Origin: a virus
Taxonomy: Duplodnaviria; Caudoviricetes
IMG/VR virus record: IMGVR_UViG_3300034061_005995
Span: 3,869-67,868 of that record
Length of the DNA stretch: 64,000 nt
Direction: 5' to 3' (one strand)
The translations under genes and the position numbers were made by a program. Numbering within the stretch: the first letter of the stretch is position 1; the number at the start of each line of letters is the position of its first letter. The notes beneath the pieces are model-generated. The model did no database searches, was not told the DNA's origin, and saw only the letters and a list, made by a program, of their open reading frames with translations. Positions 39,901 through 47,911 of the stretch are shown here, piece after piece.

Positions 39901-39915
39901 AAATTATTTATAAAT

Positions 39916-40329
39916 ATGAAAACTTTAATCAGAAAAATATTGCAAGAACAAGAAGAAATAATAACACTTCCACCATTTCATTATTTTGATAATGATTGGA
40001 ATCTGGTATTGGAATTAAGTGAAGGAAAACCATTTAAGATTATGGGTAATGTTGATTTAAGTGATAATCAAAAAATAACAACTCTTGGCAATTGTTATGC
40101 TGTTGGTGGTAATTTGGATTTATATTTTTGCGAAAATCTTGAATCACTTGGAAATTTAACTGAAGTTGGTGGTGATTTGAATTTATTTGGGAGCAAAAAT
40201 CTCCAATCACTTGGAAATTTAACCAAAGTTGGTGGTTGGTTGGATTTACAAAATACACCAATAGCACATACAATGACAGAAGATGGAATAAGACAACAAG
40301 TTAATGTTGATGATGATATTTATATATAA
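39916..40329 (+). CDS. LRR-like repeat protein, array member A (2 internal repeats)
   Basis: Start ATG 39916 (MKTLIRK), after TATTTATA. Repeat consensus xLxLxxCxNLxSLGNLTxVGG. Confidence 0.8.
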   Translation: MKTLIRKILQEQEEIITLPPFHYFDNDWNLVLELSEGKPFKIMGNVDLSDNQKITTLGNCYAVGGNLDLYFCENLESLGNLTEVGGDLNLFGSKNLQSLGNLTKVGGWLDLQNTPIAHTMTEDGIRQQVNVDDDIYI

Positions 40330-40865
40330 TGAAAACTTTAATCAGAAAAATATTGCAAGAACAAGAAGAAATAATAACACTTCCACCATTTTATTATTTC
40401 GATAATGATTGGAATTTAGTGTTAAAATTAAGTAATGGAAAACCATTTAGAATACAAGGTAATGTAATTTTAAGTAATAATAAAGAAATAACAACTCTTG
40501 GCAATTGTTATGCTGTTGGAGGTAAATTAAGTTTATTTAAATGTATAAATCTCGAATCCCTTGGAAATTTAACAGAAGTTGGTGGTGATTTAAATTTATT
40601 TAAATGTGTAAATTTACAATCACTTAGTAATTTAACTTCAGTTAGCGGTAATTTAGATTTAAGAAGTACTAAAATAAATTCACTTGGAAATTTAACCAAA
40701 GTTGGTGGAGATTTATACTTATACAATTGCACAAATCTCCAATCATTTGGAAATTTAACCAAGGTTGGTGGTTATTTGGGATTGAGTTATACACCAATAG
40801 CTGATACAATGACAGAAGATGAAATAAGACAACAAGTTAATGTTCGTGGTAAAATTTATTTATAA
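40329..40865 (+). CDS. LRR-like repeat protein, array member B (4 internal repeats)
   Basis: Same N- and C-caps as A; TAATG coupling. Confidence 0.8.
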   Translation: MKTLIRKILQEQEEIITLPPFYYFDNDWNLVLKLSNGKPFRIQGNVILSNNKEITTLGNCYAVGGKLSLFKCINLESLGNLTEVGGDLNLFKCVNLQSLSNLTSVSGNLDLRSTKINSLGNLTKVGGDLYLYNCTNLQSFGNLTKVGGYLGLSYTPIADTMTEDEIRQQVNVRGKIYL

Positions 40866-41281
40866 TGAAAAAATTAATTAGAAAAATATTAAAAGAACAA
40901 GAAGAAATAATAACTCTTCCACCATTTCATTATTTTGATAATGATTGGAATCTGGTATTGGAATTAAGTGAAGGAAAACCATTTAAGATTATGGGTGATG
41001 TAGATTTAAGTTATAATCAAGAAATAACAACTCTTGGCAATTGTTATGCTGTTGGTGGTAAATTAAGTTTATTTAAATGTATAAATCTCGAATCACTTGG
41101 AAATTTAACTGAAGTTGGTGGTTATTTGGATTTATTTGGGTGCAAAAATCTCCAATCAATTGGAAATTTAACCGAAGTTGGTGGTTATTTGTATTTAGCA
41201 AAAACACCAATAGCTAATACCATGACTGAAGATGAAATAAGACAACAAGTTAATGTTGGTGGTAATATTTATATGCTATGA
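40865..41281 (+). CDS. LRR-like repeat protein, array member C (2 internal repeats)
   Basis: Same caps; TAATG coupling. Confidence 0.8.
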   Translation: MKKLIRKILKEQEEIITLPPFHYFDNDWNLVLELSEGKPFKIMGDVDLSYNQEITTLGNCYAVGGKLSLFKCINLESLGNLTEVGGYLDLFGCKNLQSIGNLTEVGGYLYLAKTPIANTMTEDEIRQQVNVGGNIYML

Positions 41282-41754
41282 AAACTTTAATTAGAAAACT
41301 ATTAAAAGAACAAGAAGAAATAATAACTCTTCCACCATTTGAATATTTCGAATACGATTGGAATCTGGTATTGGAATTAAGTGAAGGGAAACCATTTAAA
41401 ATTTTGGGTAATGTTAATTTAACTAATAATCAAGAAATAACAACTCTTGGCAATTGTTATGCTGTTGGTGGTTGGTTGGATTTATATAAGTGCAAAAATC
41501 TCCAATCCCTTGGAAATTTAACAGAAGTTGGTGGTGATTTGGATTTATTTGGGTGTGAAAATATCCAATCACTTGGGGATTTAACAGAAGTTGGTGGTGC
41601 TTTAAGTTTATATAATTGCGAAAATCTTGAATCCCTTGGAAATTTAACCGAAGTTGGTGGTGATTTGGGATTGAGTTGTACACCAATAGCTGATACAATG
41701 ACAGAATATGAAATAAGAAAACAAGTTAATGTTGGTGGTAATATTTATTTATAA
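41278..41754 (+). CDS. LRR-like repeat protein, array member D (3 internal repeats)
   Basis: Same caps; ATGA coupling. Confidence 0.8.
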   Translation: MKTLIRKLLKEQEEIITLPPFEYFEYDWNLVLELSEGKPFKILGNVNLTNNQEITTLGNCYAVGGWLDLYKCKNLQSLGNLTEVGGDLDLFGCENIQSLGDLTEVGGALSLYNCENLESLGNLTEVGGDLGLSCTPIADTMTEYEIRKQVNVGGNIYL

Positions 41755-42170
41755 TGAAAAAATTAATCAGAAAACTATTAAAAGAACAAGAAGAAATAAT
41801 AACTCTTCCACCATTTCATTATTTTGATAATGATTGGAATCTGGTATTGGAATTAAGTGAAGGGAAACCATTTAAAATTTTGGGTAATGTAGATTTAAGT
41901 TATAATCAAAAAATAACAACTCTTGGCAATTGTTATGCTGTTGGTGGTAATTTGGATTTATATTTTTGCGAAAATCTTGAATCACTTGGAAATTTAACTG
42001 AAGTTGGTGGTTATTTGGATTTATTTGGGTGCAAAAATCTCCAATCAATTGGAAATTTAACAGAAGTTGGTGGTGATTTGTATTTACAAAATACACCAAT
42101 AGCACATACCATGACAGAAAATAAAATAAGACAACAAGTTAATGTTGGTGGTAAAATTTATATGCTATGA
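41754..42170 (+). CDS. LRR-like repeat protein, array member E (2 internal repeats)
   Basis: Same caps; TAATG coupling. Confidence 0.8.
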   Translation: MKKLIRKLLKEQEEIITLPPFHYFDNDWNLVLELSEGKPFKILGNVDLSYNQKITTLGNCYAVGGNLDLYFCENLESLGNLTEVGGYLDLFGCKNLQSIGNLTEVGGDLYLQNTPIAHTMTENKIRQQVNVGGKIYML

Positions 42171-42706
42171 AAACTTTAATCAGAAAACTATTAAAAGAAC
42201 AAGAAGAAATAATAACTCTTCCACCATTTCATTATTTTGATAATGATTGGAATCTGGTATTGGAATTAAGTGAAGGAAAACCATTTAAGATTTTGGGAGA
42301 TGTTGATTTAAGTAATAATCAAGAAATAACAACTCTTGGCAATTGTTATGCTGTTGGTGGTTGGTTGAGTTTATTTAATTGCGAAAATCTCCAATCACTT
42401 GAAAGTTTAACTGTTGTTGGTGGAGATTTATACTTATACAATTGCACAAATCTCCAATCACTTGGAAATTTAACCAAAGTTGGTGGTAGTTTGAATTTAA
42501 GATATTGTACAAATCTCCAATCCCTTGGAAATTTAACTGAAGTTGGTGGTGATTTAGATTTAAGAGAGACAAATATCCAATCACTTGAAAGTTTAACTGT
42601 TGTTGGTGGTTATTTGGGATTGAGTTGTACACCAATAGCTAAGACAATGACAGAAGATGAAATAAGACAACAAGTTAATGTTGGTGGTAATATTTATTGG
42701 TGGTAA
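42167..42706 (+). CDS. LRR-like repeat protein, array member F (4 internal repeats)
   Basis: Same caps; ATGA coupling. Confidence 0.8.
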   Translation: MKTLIRKLLKEQEEIITLPPFHYFDNDWNLVLELSEGKPFKILGDVDLSNNQEITTLGNCYAVGGWLSLFNCENLQSLESLTVVGGDLYLYNCTNLQSLGNLTKVGGSLNLRYCTNLQSLGNLTEVGGDLDLRETNIQSLESLTVVGGYLGLSCTPIAKTMTEDEIRQQVNVGGNIYWW

Positions 42707-42727
42707 AATTTTTTTTAATTAAAAAAG

Positions 42728-42822
42728 TAATATTAATAATTATTAATATTAATAATAATATTATATTAATAATAATTTATATATATATATATATAAATAA
42801 AATAAAAAAAATAATTAAAAAA
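42728..42822. other. 95-nt tract composed only of A/T, including an (AT)n palindrome
   Basis: No G or C between 42727 and 42823; ATTTATATATATATATATATAAAT around 42775-42798. Confidence 0.8.
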
Positions 42823-42947
42823 GTCAATAGTTTTTTGAAAAAAAATCATAACACTAATATTTATATTAAAAGGTATCATAAACACCTTTGTTAATATAAT
42901 TAACACAAATGTTTATATAAAAAAATAGATATAAAAGAAAAAATATA

Positions 42948-43436
42948 ATGGCTGATTTATTAATGAAAATGCCCATACCTTATGAACCTAAAAGACAAAA
43001 TAGGTTTATTTTAAGGTTTCCATCCACATTAGGAATAAATGAATGGTTTGTTGAAACTGCAGCAAGACCAAGTTATAAAGTAAATGCTACAGAAATTCAA
43101 TTTTTGAATACTTCAACATATGTTGCTGGTAGATTTAATTGGAACCCTATTACTGTTAAATTTAGAGACCCTATAGGTCCATCAGCGTCTCAAGCTATTA
43201 TGGAATGGGTTAGACTTTGTACTGAATCTGTTACAGGTAGAATGGGGTATGCTGCAGGGTATAAGAAAAATGTTGATTTAGAGATGTTAGACCCAACTGG
43301 TGTTGTTGTTGAAAAATGGATACTTGAAGGTACTTTCTTAGAATCCGTTAACTTTGATTCATTATCATATTCTCAGGATAGTATAGCAAGTATTACAGCA
43401 AGTCTTAGAATGGACCGTTGTATTCTTGTTTATTAA
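42948..43436 (+). CDS. Tail tube protein (T4 gp19-like)
   Basis: 'EPKRQNRF', 'YVAGRFNWNPITVKFRDPI', 'MEWVR', 'YKKNVDLEMLDPTG', 'WILEGTF'; follows the sheath gene. Confidence 0.85.
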   Translation: MADLLMKMPIPYEPKRQNRFILRFPSTLGINEWFVETAARPSYKVNATEIQFLNTSTYVAGRFNWNPITVKFRDPIGPSASQAIMEWVRLCTESVTGRMGYAAGYKKNVDLEMLDPTGVVVEKWILEGTFLESVNFDSLSYSQDSIASITASLRMDRCILVY

Positions 43437-43453
43437 TTTATTTTTCTAAACCC

Positions 43454-43486
43454 TTTACAACCAAAATTTAAATTCATATATTTATA
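43454..43486 (+). promoter_or_regulatory. Overlapping sigma70-like and TATTTATA motifs upstream of the endonuclease gene
   Basis: TTTACA (43454), N17, TATATT (43477); TATTTATA at 43479-43486. Confidence 0.45.
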
Positions 43487-43493
43487 TATATAT

Positions 43494-45071
43494 ATGGATT
43501 TAAATTTTTTTTTATTAAATAACAAATCAGGATTTAAAACTAAGGAAGCTTGGTTTAAAAAGAATTATCCTGATGAATATTTAGATATTTTAGACTATTC
43601 AAAAAACATTGATTGTTCATTTAAAGAAAGAATTTGGTTTTATTTTAATAAAACCATTGAACGACCTAAATGCTTCAATTGTAAAAATGAATTAAAATTC
43701 AACGAAAGATTCGATAATCCATATTCAGAATTCTGCTCAATACAATGCTTTAACTCAAATAAAGAAGAAATGATTAAAAGGCAAGTTAAAACATTTAATG
43801 AAAAATATGGTGTAGATTTTTACCCCAAATGTAGTGATTTTATTAAAAAACAAAAAATAACAAAACATCAAAGATATGGGAATGAAAATTATGTTAATGT
43901 TGATAAAATAAAGGAAACTAAGAAAAAAAGATATGGTAATGAAAATTATACTAATATTGAAAAATATAAAATAACTTGTATATCGAAATATAATACTGAT
44001 AATTATTCAAAGTCTAATCATTATAAAGAAATAATTAATAAAAAATATTCAGAATTATATCCTAATATAAATTTTATAGAAATTAATAAAAGTTTTGTAA
44101 AAATTCATTGCCATAAGTGTAATTCTAATTATGAAATATCAAAACAATTAATATATGAAAGAAATTTAAGAAATTATGAAATATGTATAAATTGTAATCC
44201 TATTGATGTTTCTAAAAGAAGTGGTTATGAAGATGAAATTATACAATTCTTAATTAAAAATAATATTGAAATTATCAAAAATTATAAATTTAATAATTCA
44301 AAAAAAGAGATAGACATATTTTTACCAAAATATAATTTAGGTATTGAATTTAATGGGTTATATTGGCACTCAGAACTATTTAAGAGTTCAACATATCATC
44401 TTGATAAAACGGTTTTAAGTAAAAATGAAAATATTGATTTACTACACATTTTTGAAGATGAATGGATTTATAAAAAAGAAATTGTTAAATCAATAATTTT
44501 AAATAAATTAGGTATTTTAACTGAAAAAATAAATGCTCGAAATTGTGTAATTAAAGAAGTTTCATATAATGATTCAAAAGATTTTTTAGAAAAAAATCAT
44601 ATACAAGGAAATGTTAAATCAAGTATTAGATTAGGATTATATTTTGAAAATGAATTAGTTTCATTAATAACATTTTCAAAAGGTCGTATAATTATGGGTG
44701 GTAAAAGTGATGAATTTGAACTAAATAGGTTTTGTAATAAACTTAATACAATTGTTGTTGGTGGATTTTCTAAACTTTTTAAATTTTTTACTAAAAATTA
44801 TAAATTTAATAAAATTATTTCATATTCAGATATAAGATATTTTAATGGTGGAATATATCTTAAAAATGGTTTTAAATTTATACATCAAACAAATCCAAAC
44901 TATTGGTATATTGTTGGCGACTTAAGAATGCATAGATTTAATTTTAATAAGAGAAAATTAATTTCTATGGGTTACGATTCAAATAAAACTGAAAAAGAAA
45001 TAATGATTGAAAGAAAAATATATAGAATATATGATTGTGGAAATATTAGATGGGAATATGATTTACAATAA
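43494..45071 (+). CDS. Putative free-standing homing endonuclease (Zn-finger/repeat N-terminus, PD-(D/E)xK Hef/Vsr-like nuclease, C-terminal accessory domain)
   Basis: CxxC motifs, 'KKRYGNENY' repeats, 'EIDIFLPKYNLGIEFNGLYWHS', 'LLHIFEDEW', 'ELNRFC', 'ISYSDIRY', 'RIYDCG'. Confidence 0.7.
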   Translation: MDLNFFLLNNKSGFKTKEAWFKKNYPDEYLDILDYSKNIDCSFKERIWFYFNKTIERPKCFNCKNELKFNERFDNPYSEFCSIQCFNSNKEEMIKRQVKTFNEKYGVDFYPKCSDFIKKQKITKHQRYGNENYVNVDKIKETKKKRYGNENYTNIEKYKITCISKYNTDNYSKSNHYKEIINKKYSELYPNINFIEINKSFVKIHCHKCNSNYEISKQLIYERNLRNYEICINCNPIDVSKRSGYEDEIIQFLIKNNIEIIKNYKFNNSKKEIDIFLPKYNLGIEFNGLYWHSELFKSSTYHLDKTVLSKNENIDLLHIFEDEWIYKKEIVKSIILNKLGILTEKINARNCVIKEVSYNDSKDFLEKNHIQGNVKSSIRLGLYFENELVSLITFSKGRIIMGGKSDEFELNRFCNKLNTIVVGGFSKLFKFFTKNYKFNKIISYSDIRYFNGGIYLKNGFKFIHQTNPNYWYIVGDLRMHRFNFNKRKLISMGYDSNKTEKEIMIERKIYRIYDCGNIRWEYDLQ

Positions 45072-45098
45072 ACTAAATTTTATTATATTATAAATAAT

Positions 45099-45842
45099 AT
45101 GAACGAACAATTTCAAAATAATATTACTCTACCCCATGATATTGTAAAATTATCATCTGGCGGAATTTTTTATAAAAATAATAAGAAAAGTGTAAAAGTT
45201 GGATATTTAAGTGCTTCAGATGAAAATTTAATGTTAGCTGTTGGCAGTATTAAAGATTCATTTGTTTTAAGGCTTATTCGAGAAAAATTATATGAAATTG
45301 ATATTAAGCCTGAAGAATTATTACAGGGAGATATTCAATCAATATTATTATTTTTACGCAATACATCATTTGGTCCTGAATATACAACAACAGTTATTGA
45401 CCCAATGACTAATAAACCATTTGAAGTTACAGTATTATTAGATGAGGTTAATTTTATAAAACCTAAAGTTAAGATTAATGAAGATTTAACATTTTCAACA
45501 ATTTTACCTAAGAGTAATAAATCAATTAAATTAAGACCATTAACATATGGTGAAATTGAGGAAATTAATATTGCGGCTGATAGGTATCCTGATGGAATGA
45601 TTGCGCCAGTAAATACTTGGAAACTTAATAAAATGGTTGTTGAATTAGATGGTAATAATGATTTAAGTTATGTTTCAGAAACTATTTCAAAATTACCAAT
45701 AGCTGATGCGAAATATATTCGTAAATTCATGCTTGAAAATGAACCAGGATTAGATTTAACAAAAGAAGTTACAGCCCCATCAGGAGTAAAAGTTCAAGTA
45801 AAACCGAACTTTGGGGTTGACTTTTTTCGTCCTTTCTTCTAA
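45099..45842 (+). CDS. Tail/baseplate hub assembly chaperone (T4 gp26/gp51-like)
   Basis: 'VKLSSGGIFY', 'LSASDEN', 'GDIQSILLFLRNTSFG', 'LPKS', terminal 'DFFRP'; lies between tube and tape-measure-like genes. Confidence 0.65.
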   Translation: MNEQFQNNITLPHDIVKLSSGGIFYKNNKKSVKVGYLSASDENLMLAVGSIKDSFVLRLIREKLYEIDIKPEELLQGDIQSILLFLRNTSFGPEYTTTVIDPMTNKPFEVTVLLDEVNFIKPKVKINEDLTFSTILPKSNKSIKLRPLTYGEIEEINIAADRYPDGMIAPVNTWKLNKMVVELDGNNDLSYVSETISKLPIADAKYIRKFMLENEPGLDLTKEVTAPSGVKVQVKPNFGVDFFRPFF

Positions 45843-45984
45843 TTATCGTGAGCTTCAATCTTGGGAATATTATATTTGTACAAGATATTTGAATGTTTCT
45901 TATACAGATTATTTAATAATGCCAATATATTTGCGTAAATTTTTAATAGAACAATATATTGAGTCTAAGACACCTAAAACTTAA
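45826..45984 (+). CDS. Unannotated +1-frame ORF, probable frameshift extension of the chaperone
   Basis: Frame open 45802-45984, encoding FVLSSNYRELQSWEYYICTRYLNVSYTDYLIMPIYLRKFLIEQYIESKTPKT*. No ATG at its 5' end; overlaps TTT TTT CGT of the upstream gene. Confidence 0.65.
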   Translation, partial: FVLSSNYRELQSWEYYICTRYLNVSYTDYLIMPIYLRKFLIEQYIESKTPKT

Positions 45985-46013
45985 AAATGGGTATTTATTA
46001 TTAAATAATAGAT

Positions 46014-47870
46014 ATGGCGGAACAGAATAATAGTTATATACCATCTGAAGATTTTAATGTAAATAAATTAATACCTTCTTTAGCTGCAGCTATAAAGAAT
46101 GAGTTTTATGCTTCATTAATAGGTGATGTGACAGATACTTTTCAAAGTATTGAAAATTCAATAATAAATATCACTAAGCAATTTGGTGGTGGACGTGAAA
46201 TGTCTAAAGCTATTGAAAGAAATTTTGCAGATGCTACAATTCAAGTAGGTCAATTAGGTGGTACATTAAAAGATATTGAAGCAATACAAGTTAGTGTAAT
46301 TAAAGCAACTAATACACAAACAATATTAAATGGCGAAGCATATGCATCACTTTATGCAACATCTAAATTAATTGGCGATAATACCAAAGATGCAAGTCAA
46401 GTTGTCGGTGAAATGATTCAAAATATTACAAAAGTTGGTTATGGTTTATATGATACTACAAAGCAATTATCAACAGTAATTGATTTAGCAAGACAATATG
46501 GATTATCAACTACATCAATATATTCACAATTAAAAGATAATATTTCTGCAGTTAATTTATACAATTTTGATAATGGTGTTCAAGGATTATCAAAAATGTC
46601 AGCACAAGCTGCAATGGTTAAAGGTAATATTAGTGACACTTTAAAATTTGCTGAAAAAGTTTTTTCACCAGAAAAAGCTATAGAAACTGCAGCATCATTT
46701 CAAAGACTTGGGGTTCAAGTTTCTGAATTACTTGACCCATATTCATTAATGGATATGGCAAGAAACAGACCTGAAGATTTACAAAAATCGATTATTGAAG
46801 CAACCAAAGAGTTAACATATTTTGATGAAAAAAATAATAGGATTTCAATATTACCTGGTTCACAAGAAAGATTAAGAGAACTTGCACCAGTTCTTGATAT
46901 GAGTGCAGATAAGCTTGCAGAATTAGCAATTAATTCAGCTAATTTAGAAAGAAAACTTAAAACAATTCAGTTTAAAGATTTCATGAATGAAGATGATAAA
47001 ACATTAATTGCTAATTTAGCACAAATGAAAGATGGTAAATACGTAATTGATGTACAAGGTGTTGAAAAAGATGTTGTTACTTTAGATGAAAAAGATATTG
47101 AAGCCTTGAAAGTTGACCCTGATAAGTCAGCCATTCAATTACAAAGAGAATCAAATGGTAGTTTATTAAATATACAAAATGATGTTGCAGCGATTAAAAC
47201 AGCAACAGCTGTTAGATTTTCAACAAATGAAGAATTAAAACAAGTTGTTAAAACTTTAAGTGAAAAAGCTTTTATAGCTACAGAAACTATAGCCACGGGT
47301 GTTGGGTTTAAAAGGCAAATATCTGGAGAAGGTGAAGGATTATACAGTGATATTGATGTTAAAAATTTCATTAATGATAAATTAGGTGGAACTATTAGAG
47401 AATTTTATGCAACTTTTACTGGTGAAAGGTCGCCTATGGAAGTTCTTGAGAATTTAAAAACTGCACTTACAGGAACTTTTGAATCAATAACAGGTTTTAT
47501 CAATGATATTCCTAAAAATTATGAAGAAGCTAAAAAAAATATGCGAGAAATTGACCCAGAATATGGTAAATTTCCAAATGATTTTGAAAAATCAACTAAA
47601 GAATTAAAAGAAAAAATATTGGGTTCAAATGTTTCAGAATCAACAAACAATACAAACAGTAATAATTCAACTGCAAAAACTTTAACTGAACCTACACAAA
47701 TAAATTTAGTTCATACGCATAATATAAATATCAATGGACAAAATTTACCACAATTGGTTGCAAATATTCTAAATAGTTCTGAAATGATTAGTACATTAGA
47801 TTTGAATATGAGTAAATATAAGGAAGAAGTTAATAATTTAATTGGTAAAAATATAGAAATGACTGGTTAA
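46014..47870 (+). CDS. Tape-measure-like protein
   Basis: 618 aa, helical and Ala/Gln-rich, in the canonical position after tube and chaperone genes. Confidence 0.55.
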   Translation: MAEQNNSYIPSEDFNVNKLIPSLAAAIKNEFYASLIGDVTDTFQSIENSIINITKQFGGGREMSKAIERNFADATIQVGQLGGTLKDIEAIQVSVIKATNTQTILNGEAYASLYATSKLIGDNTKDASQVVGEMIQNITKVGYGLYDTTKQLSTVIDLARQYGLSTTSIYSQLKDNISAVNLYNFDNGVQGLSKMSAQAAMVKGNISDTLKFAEKVFSPEKAIETAASFQRLGVQVSELLDPYSLMDMARNRPEDLQKSIIEATKELTYFDEKNNRISILPGSQERLRELAPVLDMSADKLAELAINSANLERKLKTIQFKDFMNEDDKTLIANLAQMKDGKYVIDVQGVEKDVVTLDEKDIEALKVDPDKSAIQLQRESNGSLLNIQNDVAAIKTATAVRFSTNEELKQVVKTLSEKAFIATETIATGVGFKRQISGEGEGLYSDIDVKNFINDKLGGTIREFYATFTGERSPMEVLENLKTALTGTFESITGFINDIPKNYEEAKKNMREIDPEYGKFPNDFEKSTKELKEKILGSNVSESTNNTNSNNSTAKTLTEPTQINLVHTHNININGQNLPQLVANILNSSEMISTLDLNMSKYKEEVNNLIGKNIEMTG

Positions 47871-47911
47871 AATTAAAATTGAACTATTTATTTAAAAAAT
47901 AATAAAGATAA

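Noticed and set aside
39880-39915. TTG-start N-terminal extension of the first LRR gene
   Set aside because: It lies within the terminator hairpin. All paralogues start at MK(T/K)LIRK, which corresponds to ATG 39916.
39916-42706. LRR array as a CRISPR array or DGR target/template set
   Set aside because: The repeats are in-frame coding units without unique spacers. No cas or reverse transcriptase gene is in the window, and the differences are not obviously adenine-restricted.
42697-42894. 65-aa ORF rich in I/N/K
   Set aside because: It is a translation of the A/T-only tract, has a GTG start inside the previous gene, and is not protein-like.
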